The position numbers and the translations under genes are program-made. This document shows, piece after piece, positions 10,637 to 26,619 of a stretch of DNA of 64,000 nucleotides (positions are counted from its first letter, which is position 1; each line of letters starts with the position of its first letter). Source of the DNA: Squalus acanthias (lineage: Eukaryota). The notes beneath the pieces are model-generated. The model did no database searches. It worked only from the letters and a program-made list of their open reading frames with translations, and was not told the origin of the DNA. Location of the stretch: assembly GCA_030390025.1 (NCBI GenBank), contig JASTWF010000034.1, positions 4,712,001-4,776,000 on the forward strand. Reading direction: 5' to 3'.

Positions 10637-13600
10637 ACTATGGGAGGCACATCTGCCAAACACATGGCTGCACATAATAATGGCTATTCAGCTGTGGTAG
10701 GAACATCTGCCAAACACATGGCTGTACACAGTAATGGCTATTCAACTATGGGAGGCAAATCTGCCAAACACATGGCTGCACACATTAATGGCTATTCAAG
10801 TATGATAGGCACATCTGCCAAATACATGGCTGCACACATTATTGGCTATTCAACTATGATTGGCATATCTGCTAAACGCACGTCTGCACACAGTAATGGC
10901 TATTCAACTCTGATAGGCATATCTGCCAAACACATGTCTGCACACAGTAATGTCTATTCAACTATGATCGGCACATCTGCCAAATACATGGCTGCACACA
11001 GTAAGGGCTATTCAACTATAATAGGCACATCTGCCAAATACATGGCTGCACACATTAATGGCTGTTCAACTATGATAGGCACATCTGCCAAACACATGGC
11101 TGCACACAGTAATGGCTATTCAACTATGATAGGCACATCTGCCAAATACATGGCTGCACACATTAATGGCCATTCAACTATGATAGGCATATCTGCCAAA
11201 CGCATGGCTGCACACATTAATGGCTATTCAACTATGAAAGGCACCTCTGCCAAACACATGTCTGCACACAGTAATGTCTATTCAACTATGAGAGGCACAC
11301 CTGCCAAATACATGACTGCACACAGTAATGGCTATTCAACTATGATAGGCATATCTGCCAAATACATGTCTGCACACAGTAATGGCTATTCAACTATAAT
11401 AGGCACCTCTGCCAAACACATGTTTGCACACAGTAATGGCTATTCAACTATGGTAGGCACCTCTGCCAAACACATGTCTGCACACAGTAATGGCTATTCA
11501 ACTATGATAGGCACCTCTGCCAAATACATGGCTGCACACAGTAATGGCTATTCAACTATGAAAGGCACCTCTGCCAAATACATGGTTGCACACAGTAATG
11601 GCTATTCAACTATGATAGGCACCTCTGCCAAACACATGTCTGCACACAGTAATGGCTATTCAACTATAATAGGCAACTCTGCCAAATCCATGTCTGCACA
11701 CAGTAATGGCTATTCAACTATAATAGGCACCTCTGCCAAAGACATGGCTGCACACAGTTATGGCTATTCAACTATGATCGGCACATCTGCCAAATACATG
11801 GCTGCACACAGTAATGGCAATTCAACTATAATAGGCACATCTGCCAAATACATGGCTGCACACAGTAATGTCTATTCAACTATGATAGGCACATCTGCCA
11901 AATACATGGCTGCACACATTAATGGCTATTCAACTATGATAGGCACCTCTGCCAAACACATGGCTGCACACAGTAATGGCTATTCAACTATGATAGGCAC
12001 CTCTGCCAAACACATGGCTGCACACATTATTGGCTATTCAACTATGATAGGCATATCTGCCAAACACATGGCTGCACACAGTAATGGCTATTCAACTATG
12101 ATAGGCACATCTGCCAAATACATGGCTGCACACATTAATGGCTATTCAACTCTGATAGGCATATCTGCCAAACGCATGGCTGCACACAGTAATGGCTATT
12201 CAACTATAATAGGCACCTCTGCCAAACACATGGCTGCACACATTAATGGCTATTCAACTATGAAAGGCACCTCTGCCAAACACATGTCTGCACACAGTAA
12301 TGTCTATTCAACTAAGATAGGCACATCTGCCAAATACATGGCTGCACACATTAATGGCTGTTCAACTATGATAGGCACATCTGCCAAACACATGGCTGCA
12401 CACAGTAATGGCTATTCAACTATGATAGGCACATCTGCCAAATACATGGCTGCACACATTAATGGCCATTCAACTATGATAGGCATATCTGCCAAACGCA
12501 TGGCTGCACACATTAATGGCTATTCAACTATGAAAGGCACCTCTGCCAAACACATGTCTGCACACAGTAATGTCTATTCAACTATGATAGGCACACCTGC
12601 CAAATACATGACTGCACACAGTAATGGCTATTCAACTATGATAGGCATATCTGCCAAATACATGTCTGCACACAGTAATGGCTATTCAACTATAATAGGC
12701 ACCTCTGCCAAACACATGTTTGCACACAGTAATGGCTATTCAACTATGGTAGGCACCTCTGCCAAACACATGTCTGCACACAGTAATGGCTATTCAACTA
12801 TGATAGGCACCTCTGCCAAATACATGGCTGCACACAGTAATGGCTATTCAACTATGAAAGGCACCTCTGCCAAATACATGGTTGCACACAGTAATGGCTA
12901 TTCAACTATGATAGGCACCTCTGCCAAACACATGTCTGCACACAGTAATGGCTATTCAACTATAATAGGCAACTCTGCCAAATCCATGTCTGCACACAGT
13001 AATGGCTATTCAACTATAATAGGCACCTCTGCCAAGCACATGGCTGCACACAGTTATGGCTATTCAACTATGATCGGCACATCTGCCAAATACATGGCTG
13101 CACACAGTAATGGCAATTCAACTATAATAGGCACATCTGCCAAATACATGGCTGCACACAGTAATGTCTATTCAACTATGATAGGCACATCTGCCAAATA
13201 CATGGCTGCACACATTAATGGCTATTCAACTATTATAGGCACCTCTGCCAAACACATGGCTGCACACAGTAATGGCTATTCAACTATGATAGGCACCTCT
13301 GCCAAACACATGGCTGCACACATTATTGGCTATTCAACTATGATAGGCATATCTGCCAAACACATGGCTGCACACAGTAATGGCTATTCAACTATGATAG
13401 GCACATCTGCCAAATACATGGCTGCACACATTAATGGCTATTCAACTCTGATAGGCATATCTGCCAAACGCATGGCTGCACACAGTAATGGCTATTCAAC
13501 TATAATAGGCACCTCTGCCAAACACATGGCTGCACACATTAATGGCTATTCAACTATGAAAGGCACCTCTGCCAAACACATGTCTGCACACAGTAATGTC

Positions 13601-15393
13601 TATTCAACTAAGATAGGCACACCTGCCAAATACATGGCTGCATACAGTAACGGCTATTCAACTATGGTAGGCACTTCTGCCAAATACATGGCTGCACACA
13701 GTAATGGCTATTCAACTATGATAGGCACATCTGACAAATACATGGCTGCACACACTAATGGCTATTCAACTATGATAGGCACATCTGCCAAACACATGTC
13801 TGCACACAGTAATGTCTATTCAACTATGATAGGCATATCTGCCAAATACATGTCTGCACGCAGTAATTGCTATTCAACTATAATAGGCACCTCTGCCAAA
13901 CACATGGCTGTACACAGTAATGGCTATTCAACTATGATAGGCATATCTGCCAAACACATGGCTGCACACAGTAATGGCTATTCAACTATGATAGGCACCT
14001 CTGCCAAACACATGGCTGTACACAGTAATGGCTATTCAACTATGATAGGCATATCTGCCAAACACATGTCTGCACACAGTAATGGCTATTCAACTATGAT
14101 AGGCATATCTGCCAAACACATGGCTGCACACAGTAATGGCTATTCAACTATGGTAGGCACCTCGGCCAAACACATGGCTGCACACATTAATGGCTATTCA
14201 ACATTGAAACGCACATCTGCCAAACACATGGCTGCACACATTAATGGCTATTCAACTATGATAGGCATATCTGCCAAACGCATGGCTGCACACAGTAATG
14301 GCTATTCAACTATGAAAGGCACCTCTGCCAAACACATGTCTGCACACAGTAATGGCTATTCAACTATGGTAGGCACCTCTGCCAAACACATATCTGCACA
14401 CAGTAATGGCTATTCAACTATGGTAGGCAGCGCTGCCAAACACATGGCTGCACACAGTAATGGCTATTCAATTATGAAAGGCACCTCTGCCAAACACATG
14501 GCTGCACACAGTAATGGCTATTCAAGTATGATAGGCATATCTGCCAAACACATGGCTGCACACAGTAATGTCTATTCAACTATGAAAGGCAGCTCTGCCA
14601 AACACATGGCTGCACACAGTAATGGCTATTCAACTATGAAAGGCACCTCTGCCAAACACATGGCTGCACACATTAATGGCTATTCAACTATGAAAGGCAC
14701 CTCTGCCAAACGCATGTCTTTACACAGTAATTGCTATTCAACTATGGTAGGCACCTCTGCCAAACACATGGCTGCACACAGTAATGGCTATTCAACTATG
14801 ATAGGCACCTCTGCCAAACACATGGCTGCACTCAGTAATGGCTATTCAACTATGAAAGGCACCTCTGCCAAACACATGGCTGCACACAGTAATGGCTATT
14901 CAACTATGGTAGGCACCTCTGCCAAACACATGGCTGCACACAGTAATGGCTATTTATCTATGGTAGGCACCTCTGCCAAACACATGGCTGCACACAGTAA
15001 TGGCTATTCAACTATGGTAGGCACCTCTGCCAAACACATGTCTGCACACAGTAATGGCTATTCAACTATGGTAGGCACCTCTGCCAAACACATATCTGCA
15101 CACAGTAATGGCTATTCAACTATGGTAGGCACCTCTGCCAAACACATGGCTGCACACAGTAATGGCTATTCAACTATGGTAGGCACCTCTGCCAAACACA
15201 TGGCTGCACACAGTAATGGCTATTCAACTATGGTAGGCACCTCTGCCAAACACATGGTTGCACACAGTAATGGCTATTCAACTATGGTAGGCACCTCTGC
15301 CAAACACATGGCTGCACACAGTAATGGCTATTCAACTATGGTAGGCACCTCTGCCAAAACACATGGCTGCACACAGTGATGGCTATTCAACTA
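10637..15393. repeat. 54-bp minisatellite, ~88 copies (source of the 1579-aa ORF)
   Basis: Unit ACTATGATAGGCACCTCTGCCAAACACATGGCTGCACACAGTAATGGCTATTCA, giving 18 aa (MIGTSAKHMAAHSNGYST). Confidence 0.97.
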
Positions 15394-15659
15394 TTTGTTG
15401 ACAGTTTTCCCGCTCATCTCCATGTTGTGAGAACGAGTTTTGTTAGTTCATGAATTGTTGTGTTTGTTTCAATTTGTTTGTCCTGAATAAATGACAATGA
15501 GTTGGTAACACAACTAATTTTTTTAATTGTTAATTTACATCTTTTCTGATTTGACTCATTGCAGCTTTGTCCAGCAATAGGGGGTGCGGGATGCTTTCAA
15601 TGATGTGCTTCTTCATCACAGAAGCCATCTTCTCAGTAAGGGGTTAGAATCGGTGTCTT

Positions 15660-16215
15660 ATGAGCCGTTCATGGACGGCCCTTTCAGTGGCAACATTGTG
15701 CGCCTCCCTCCCACGTTGGTGCTGCTGATCCTCCTCTTCATCCTCCTGCTACTCATCCTCCTCCGCCTCTCCCTCTTGCTCCTCCTCCTCAGGTGGTGCA
15801 CCAATCCCTGGTGGCAATGGCTGAGTCCACATGATTGCAATGTTATAAAGCATGCAGCACACAACAATCAAGAGGGAGACTCGCTCGGGAGAGTATTGCA
15901 GGGCTCCTCCTGAGTGATCTAGAAAGCGGAACCGTTGTTTCAAGACGCCGAACGCCTGCTCTATCATGTTCCTGGTGGCGCTATGGCTCTCATTGTATTG
16001 CAGTTCGACAGGGGTGTTGGTGTTATGGATCGGTGTCATCAGCCAGGTGCAGAGTGGATAACCCTTGTCCCCGAGGAGCCATCCACTAGGTTGACACGGT
16101 GGTTGGAAGATGTGTGCAACACCGGTCTGGCGCAGAATAAAAGCATTGTGGCTGCTGCCAGGATAGCGGGCATTAACGGCGAGTATGAGCTGTCTGTGGT
16201 CACACACCCTCTGGT
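15660..16215 (-). pseudogene. Harbinger (HARBI1-like, DDE_Tnp_4) transposase, C-terminal half
   Basis: VCDH..LIL.VNARYPGSSHNAFIL, WLLGDKGYP, YN..HSATRNMIEQAFGVLKQRFR, CCMLYN and an acidic tail. The N-terminal half with the first catalytic Asp is absent. Confidence 0.88.
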
Positions 16216-17002
16216 CACGTTTTGCCACTCTCTCTCTGCGCCTCTACTGCCTCCGAAGGTGAAGCTGGACGTCGACGCCCCAAGTTAGTGCAGCCCCCAT
16301 CGAAGCTTCTTAATATCGTTAGAAGGAAGGTGAAATAAAAATAAACCTCCAAATTGGTGCTCAGGAGCCAAAACTCCTTCGGTGAGCATCGTATCTCTCC
16401 AGACGTCTCTCAACCTGCGTGTAACAAAAATTTCACCGACAAGAAATGGCAGGAGGCAACCGCCTTTAAATAGCGCTCCCCCAGCCCCTTCCCGACTTGA
16501 AAACATTCCCCATCTACGTGTCGTTCCTAGCGGCAGGGGCTGAGGCAGGGCACGAGACTCAATTTTCAGTCCGGGGCGCAACCAGGGCATTGCACGCTCG
16601 ACTGATGTCACGATCTGCAGGCGCAGGAGATCGTGGCGGCAGTGTTTAGTGCCAGCGCAAAATGACTGGTCAATTTCGTGAGCCGCGCTAAAATAGCAGC
16701 GCTCGGGCGCTAAGCCCCTATCGCCCCGTTACCCCTCCTCCCCCGAAGGAGCTCAGGGGAGGCGCAAACCAACCCACTTTTCCCCCCTGTGTTTCTCTCT
16801 CTGTCGTTCCCCATCCCATCCGCGCTGCTGTCAGCTATTGATTCTGAAGGTGATTTCGTGTTACCAAGATTCAAATGTTCAACTCAAGTAAATTTATTGA
16901 AGGTGACACTTTATTGAACGAATTTCAATCTGCTACCGACACTGAACATTTGTATCAGGTCAGAAGAATGCTGTCTTGGTTTAGGAGACTTTTCACCTAA
17001 TG

Positions 17003-17134
17003 GCGAAAGGCCATCGACCTGAAACGTTAACTCTGTTTCTCTCTCTCTCCACAGATGCTGCCTGACCCACTGAGTATTTCCATCATTTTCTGTTTTCATT
17101 TCAGATTTCCAGTATCCGCAGTATTTTGTGTTTG
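17003..17134 (+). mobile_element. Penelope-type terminal (pLTR) fragment with a 13-bp TSD
   Basis: GAAAGGCCATCGACCTGAAACGTTAACTCTG...CAGATGCTGCCTGACC...GTATTTTG, flanked by TTTTCACCTAATG at 16990-17002 and 17135-17147. Confidence 0.7.
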
Positions 17135-18450
17135 TTTTCACCTAATGCTCGGTATGGTTACTTACAGAGTCACAGGAACAAATCCTGGCAGATCACATCC
17201 ACATCTTTAAATGTCTGAAATATCCGCCAATCATTCAGTTCCAGTCAGTGTCTCCTTTCCCACCCTCTCCAGTTCTGCATTATTGGCACTGCTTCTGATG
17301 GTTAAAGTAGGATTACAAGGATAATTTACATGCTCACAAAACGTGCATTCAGCCAGATTTCAATACATTTCTTTCTGATCATTGTTTTGAATTTACAATT
17401 GGATGCCATGCCCGTCTGTCACAGTACAGTGGATCGCTCAGTGAGACCCAGAGTGATTCTCTATTGCCTCCTGCTGCACTTCAGGATAAACAATCCCAGC
17501 TGATTGTAACTGAAGTACTGAGGATAAGAAAATCCTTAGATATCTTCTCGTCTAATATTATTTTCTGCACAAGTTGGAAACATCGGTTGAAAAGTTCAAG
17601 GATAAATCTCTTCCATTTGTGTTCAGATACTTCACAATAGCATTCGGTGGCACTTTGCCTGTGGGATAATTTGTCTGATTTCGATGCTGATAAATGCATT
17701 TAGTGGGACATTACCTGGTCAAACATCACTATTTACTTTAATTCAGAATCCATTATTTGCAATGTTACTGGGCAAATCTTCCTTTCAATGAGCTAGAATT
17801 TGTGTATTTCAACAAAAATGCAGTAAACTCAATCTCCAAAATATATCTGATAGCCCAGTTATCTTTATAACTGCAGTGCACTTGTATTTATTATCTTAGC
17901 ATTGTCGTATTACATCCGTACATTTTACATACAATTGCCTGTAATTATTGCATGCCAAGGTTGCAGTTTCTGTATTTTGCTGTTGCATTCATTTTCAGTT
18001 CTAAATAGAATGGATATTCTAACCAGGAGCTGGAATCCAAGCGGGATTTCTCCCTCCCTAACACGGGCACAGAAGCGAACTGCACCGCTCCAAATGCTGA
18101 CTGATCCCGGGACACGAAGGCTTCCTGAGAGGGTCTGGTCCTTTGTGTCCCTGGTACCTCGGGCGGTGCTTTTTTCTGCTGGGCTAAATGTAGATCGATC
18201 ATTTAATCTCTCCTTGATCAAACATCTGTTACTTTGATATTGTATTTATTCCCATTTCAGTTATTGATTCCACAATGTATTCCCGATTATTCTTACAATA
18301 AGCCCTGTATTCAGCTCCACAGGTAATAGGATTAGATTATATCATTCAATGTCGGTAATGAGTTGCAGATTTCACCCCGAATTCCCTCAAACTGCTGCTT
18401 TTGCTCCCAGCCTGATGAATATGTTCCCTGTTTATTTCCCTTCCTCACAG

Positions 18451-19352
18451 TGAACTTAGTGACGATTGTGATCCTGTCTCGGGGAAAGTGCGGTCTCTCC
18501 AAATGTGTCACTCGCTACCTGGTGGCCATGGCAGCGGCGGATCTACTGGTCGTTATCCTCGACCTGATATTGAGGCACATTCCGATTGTTTATTTGGAAC
18601 AGTTTTATTTCGTGCGGTCCATCCCCGTGTGTAATATCCACGCCGTCCTGCTGTTCGCAGCCACAGACTGTTCTGTCTGGTTCACCGTCACTTTCACGTT
18701 TGATCGATTTGTGGCCATTTGTTGCCAGAAGCTGAAAACTAAACATTGCACCGAGAAAACGGCGGCTGTGGTTCTGGGAACAGTGACTGTGCTGAGCGGT
18801 TTAAAGAACATCACCTGGTATTTTATGTTCACAGGTTGTTATTGGCTTGGGAACAACCCCTGGTTTTGTGATGTCACAGAGGATGTTCGGAATTCACGGG
18901 TCTGGGGAACAATCGAGCTCCTTCATTATATTCTCACCCCGTGTGTCCCATTTGTGGTGATTCTGCTGCTCAATGCTGTCACCGTCAGACACATTTTAGT
19001 GGCCAGCAGAGCCCGCAGGAGACTCCGGGGTCCCAGCAGTGGGGAGATTTCCAGAGACCCAGAGATGGAGAGCCGCAGGAAATCCATCATTTTACTTCTT
19101 GTTATCTCCGCCAATTTCATCCTGTTATGGGTAGTGTTTATGGTGTATTCTATATGGGGCCGGATGTGGTATTTGGGGTATCAGTCTGTATATCTAACTA
19201 ATTATGTAATGGAACTGGGATTCATGCTGCAGCTGCTGAGTTGCTGCACAAACACTGGGATTTACGCCGTGACCCAGACTAAGTTCAGAGAGCAGTTGAA
19301 GAATTTGGGGAAATATCCCTTTACTCTGATTGTAAAATTCATTAAAGTATGA
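18451..19352 (+). CDS. exon 2 of a GPR139/GPR142-like orphan class A GPCR (TM1-TM7)
   Basis: Polypyrimidine acceptor TTCCCTTCCTCACAG| at 18450. Motifs NLVTIVIL, YLVAMAAADLL (TM2), TFDRFVAIC (DRY variant), a TM5 proline, SANFILLW (TM6) and NTGIYAVTQ (TM7). Uninterrupted to TGA. Confidence 0.92.
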
Positions 19353-19394
19353 GAAGAAGCGGAGACTTTGCAGTCCAAGAGTTGACGGTTCACT

Positions 19395-19625
19395 GGGCCT
19401 GATATTGTGGCGCCCCGCACAAAAATGGCGGCTCTGGGGCCCCGCACAAGGATTGCTTCAGTCACTCGGTGTCTTTCCCTGGCGATGGGAGTCGAGTGTC
19501 CGGATGGCGGGAGCAGTTGGAGTCCCGGTTACTGTGAGAGCGGGCGGCGAGGCGGAGCTGCCTGGCCCGGCCCGGCCCACAGGACCCCGAGCAGCCCAGC
19601 CCGCGGAGGAGATGGCCCGGCACCA
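19395..19625. mobile_element. GC-rich MITE-like remnant
   Basis: Abrupt GC/CpG-rich island starting GGGCCTGATATT just 3' of the GPCR stop. No matching second terminus confirmed. Confidence 0.3.
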
Positions 19626-19711
19626 GGACTTTATTAGTCATTATAACCCTTTAAAATCATTGCACCACTTTACAGATCTTTTATAACCCTTTATAAATCA
19701 TTATGACTATT

Positions 19712-19757
19712 AATAAAACAATATGACGCTTTTTCAATCATTATGACACTTAATAAA
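19712..19757 (+). terminator. candidate poly(A) signals of the GPCR
   Basis: AATAAA at 19712 and 19752, ~360-400 bp after the stop codon, in an AT-rich short repeat. Confidence 0.35.
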
Positions 19758-19771
19758 TCATTTTTATCTCT

Positions 19772-20345
19772 AATTCTTGGGATGTGGGCGTCGCTGACGA
19801 GGCCAGCATTTATTGCCCATCCCTAATTGCCGTTGAGCAGGAGGTGGTGAGCCACCTGAGACAAGTAAAATGTCTTGCTGGGCCATTTCAGAGGCCAGGT
19901 AAGAGTCAACCACATTGCAGTGGGTCTGGAGTCATATTTCTACCAGACCAGGTAAGGACAGCAGATTTCCTTCCCGAAAGGCCATTAGTGAACCAGTTGG
20001 ATTTTTACGACAATCCGGTACTTTCATGGTCACCATTATTGACACAAGCATTTCATTCCAGATTTGTTTAATTAATTGAATTTAAATTCCACCAGCTTTT
20101 GGGATTTGAACACATGTCTTTGGATCATTGTCCAGTCATCTGGTTTACTAGTGCAGCAACATAACCACAATGCTACCGTACCCTTCAAATATATCACCGT
20201 TCTTTCATCGTCACTGGGTCAAAAGCTTGAAAATCCTTCAGAAACAGTATTGTGGGAGCACCTTCACCACACGGACTGCAGCGGCTCAAGATGAAGCCCA
20301 CCATTTTCTCATGGGTAACTAGGGATGGGCAAGTGATACCAACCT
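19772..20345 (-). mobile_element. tRNA-derived SINE plus LINE tail composite (inverted paralog of 140-689)
   Basis: Reverse complement is collinear with 140-689, including the SINE/LINE junction. Confidence 0.75.
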
Positions 20346-20631
20346 TGAAAGCGTCACACCTAGCCTGAGAACTAATACATCGAAATAATTAAATAGGATT
20401 AAAATCAGTGATTTTATAATTCATTGATTGAAACCAGATGAGGCCTGTGATCAGAGCGGGGCTTCAAGTACGCTAAACAAATTGTCAACACCACTTGGAT
20501 CTCCAATTCTATCATTGTATGATTGATACTACTCACAATTTCCCAATTTCCCAATCATTACAAAAGGTGCTTGATAAAGGATCACATATTACCAAAATTG
20601 AAGCCCATGGGATTAAAGTGGCCGTGACAAC

Positions 20632-21867
20632 AGTGAGCGGTGTGGGCTGTATCAGTATGTAAGAGAGAATTACATTGTGGGGTATATCAGAGTGTTACAA
20701 TGAGGGGTGTGGGGTTTATCAGCGTGTTGCAGTGAGGTGTGTGGGGTACATCAGAGTGTTACAATGAGGGGTGTGGGGTTTATCAGCGTGTTGCAGTGAG
20801 GTGTGTGGGGTACATCAGAGAGTTACAATGAGGGGTGTGGGGTAATCAGTGTGTTACAGTGAGGGGTGTGCAGTATATTAGAGTTTAACAGTGTGGGGGT
20901 TGGGGTATATCAGAGTACTACAGTGAGGGGTGTGGGGTTTATCAGCGTGTTGCAGCGAGGAATGTGAGGTAAATCAGAGAGTTACAGTGAGGCGTGTGGT
21001 GTATATCACAGTGTTACAATGAGGGGTGTGGGGTTTATCAGCATGTTGCAGTGAGGTGTGTGGGGTATATCATAGTGTTACCGTAAGCGGTGTGGAATAT
21101 ATCAGTGTGTTACATTGGTGTTTTTTGTGTATATCAAAGTGTTACAGCGAGATGTGTGCGGTATATGAGAGCATTACATTGAGGGGTGTGGGGTATATCA
21201 GAGCATTACAGTGAGGGGTGTGGGGTATATCAGAGTGCTAAAGTGAGGTGAGTGGGGTATATTGGTCTGTTACAGTGAGAGGTTTGGAATATGTAAGAGA
21301 GGATTAAAGTAAGGGGTATATCATAGTGGTACAGAGAGGTGTGTGAGGTATATCAGTGTGTTACTGTAAGGGATGTGTGGGGTATAGCAGAGTGTTATAG
21401 TCAGGGGCGTGGGTTTATATCAGTGTGTTACAGTAAGGGGTGTTGGGTATATAGATATTTACAGTGAGGGGTATGTGGGGTATATCAGAATGTTGTAATC
21501 AGGGGAGTGGGTTTACATCACAGATCTACAGTGAGGGGTGTGGGGTACATCAGAGTAATACAATGAGCGGTGTTGGGTATATCAGAGTGTTACAGTGAGA
21601 GGTGTAGTGTATAACAGAGTGTTACAGTGAGCGGTGTGGGGTACATCACAGTAATACAATGAGCAGTGTTGGGTTAATTATCACAGTGTTACAGTGAGAG
21701 GTGTGGTGGATGACAGAGTGTTACAATCAGGGGTGTGGGTTTATATGAGTGTTTTACATTGAGGGGTGTTGGGTATATCAGAGTGTTACAGTGAGGTGTA
21801 TGGAGTATATCAGAGAGTGTTACAGTGAGGGGTGTGGGGTAAAACGGTGTGTTACATTGAGAGGTTT
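20632..21867. repeat. diverged ~32-bp G-rich minisatellite, segment 1
   Basis: Unit GTGTTACAGTGAGGGGTGTGGGGTATATCAGA. Resumes at 25415-25491 and 26620-27668. Confidence 0.92.
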
Positions 21868-22556
21868 AAGAACATAAGAACGTAAGAAATAGGAGCAGGA
21901 GTAGGCCATTCGGACCCTTGAGCCTGCTCCGCCATTCAATGAGATCAAAGCTGATGTTCTGCCTCAATTCCATTCACCGGCCTTATCTCGATATCCCTTG
22001 ATGCCCTTACTAGTCAGAAATCTATCGACCTCTGTTCTGAATATATTCAATGACTGAGCCTCCACAGCCCTCTGGGGTAGAAAATTCCAAGGATTCACCA
22101 CCCTCTGTGTGAAGAAATGTCTTTATTAGAGTTAGATATATTTCTTAAGGCTAAGGGGATCAAGGGATAAGAGGGGAAGGCAGGGACAGGGTACTGAATT
22201 TGAATGATCAACCATGATCGCATTGAATGGCGGAACAGGCTCGAGGGGCCGAATGGCCGACTCCTGCTCCTATCTTCTGTGTTTCTACGTTTATATGCTT
22301 CTCATCTCAGTCCTGAATGGTCTACCCTTTATCATAAGGCTGTGGCCCCTGGTTCTAGACTCCCCAGCCAAGGGAAACATTCTCCCAGCAGCCAACCTAT
22401 CAAGCACTTTAATAATTGTTTATGCATCAATGAGATCCCCTCTCATTCTTCTGAATTCAAGAGAATACAGGCCTAGTTTACTTAATCTCTTCTCATACGA
22501 CAGTCCCGCCTTCCCAGGAATCAATCTCGTGAACCTTCGTTGCTCTCCCTCTGTGG

Positions 22557-25255
<2,699 letters not shown>

Positions 25256-25491
25256 CTCTATGGCAAGTATATCCTTCCTTAGGTGAGGAAACCAAAATTG
25301 TACACAGTACTCCAGGTGTGGTCTCACCAAGGCCCTATATAAAGGGAGGAAGACTTCTTTACTCCTGTACTCAAATCTTCTTGTAATGAAGGCCAGCATA
25401 CCATTTGCCTTCTTTGGGGTATGTAAGAGAGTGTTACAATTAGGAGTGTGGGGTATATCAGAGTGTGGCAGTGAGAGGTGTGTGGTTTATC

Positions 25492-26619
25492 TGTGAAAGT
25501 ATAAGCCACATAACCTATTCAGTAAAATACACCATTCTATGAAAGAATTCTGGTCTAATTAAAACATGACAAACTGGGTCTGGAAATCTAGAAACCTAAA
25601 TATGAAAAAGCTGTGTAAGCATTCTGGCTGTAGAGATAAGATAGTTGTTGACACTGAGTCAATAACCTTATTGAAACAGAAGGTTAAAGGCTCCGGTAGG
25701 CTGACATTTCAGAACAAGACAATGGCTCTCCCTGATTAAGGTGTTCTAATTTACACTTCGTAAAGAAGCATAAACATCTGCCTTCGTAAAAATGACATCA
25801 AGTAAAACGCACCTGCCGTTACACCGTTTTTTATGGAAAATTTAGAAAACCTAGAGAAGAGACATAATTCTCCATTGCTACCAGCTGTGGTGACTGTAAG
25901 AATTGCAGGGGTCAGCAGAAAAATGACCAGAGATAATTAGCTTACATCAGCAGAAAACCTTAAAGGAATTACCACTGGAAAAGGGTATAAATATTGAACT
26001 CTCAAATGGGATAGTAGACTCGCTTTAAAGGGGCAAGGCGATTCTTGGCTTCAGAGGCGACTCTGTATGTCTCCAACTCTTTGTACCTCGGGTATCAAAG
26101 GTATTTGATTTTGGTGGATATCCTGTAGAAAACTAAGAACTGTAAAACTGTAGCGAAGTTAAGATTTGACAGTAAGGTTCTCTGATAATCGAATTGTAAG
26201 CTTTCTCTTTATGGAACTGTTAATGTTGCGATTGACTCACCAAATGTAAATTACATGTCGGTTCTTTAATAAATCTATATATTTTTAGAATTCTCTCACA
26301 TAAGACTTCTGCATCAAACTCGCAAACTCAATCTCTGTACACTCTTTGGTGAGGAGTTGCAGAATTCTGGGGAGTTCTCCGGACCCTCATAATATCCGAA
26401 ACGTTACAGCCTAGCTAATCTTATTAAAAGTGCTATCTGGAGGACGGTAACATTTTCAGGTTGTTCCTTTCCTTTAGGGAGAGATAGTCTGGACCTTTAG
26501 ACTCAATTAAGCATCTTTAGGATTCGGCTACCTCAAAGTTTAGTTGAAAGTGAATGTCTGAGGAATATGCCTGATCCGGGGTAGCCCTAAAGGGGCTAGG
26601 ACTAGTAATTATCCCTTCA
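25492..26619 (+). mobile_element. putative solo LTR (1128 bp; ERV or Gypsy type)
   Basis: TG...CA termini with a 4-bp TSD TATC on both sides, inside the 32-bp satellite. TATAAATA at 25986 and AATAAA at 26268. No ORF. Confidence 0.75.

Larger units (their letters stand above)
9890..16787. mobile_element. decayed PIF/Harbinger DNA transposon in the GPCR intron
   Basis: Convergent Myb/SANT (+) and HARBI1-type transposase (-) remnants. A GC-rich subterminal region ends in TTTTCCCCCC at ~16787. The left end was not found. Confidence 0.65.

Noticed and set aside
10640..15379. 1579-aa ORF as a real gene (ice-nucleation or adhesin-like repeat protein)
   Set aside because: It is entirely a 54-bp minisatellite inside an intron, with no signal peptide or unique domain. 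Kept only as a finding.
15660..16215. Host HARBI1 gene
   Set aside because: It is truncated, lacks the first catalytic region and is paired with a Myb remnant, as in Harbinger transposons.
18363..18450. N-terminus of the 329-aa GPCR ORF as given in the track
   Set aside because: It has a non-ATG start and runs through a polypyrimidine tract and AG acceptor, so it is intronic.
9890..18451. In-frame Myb-GPCR fusion protein
   Set aside because: The Myb donor is phase 0 and the GPCR acceptor needs phase 1.
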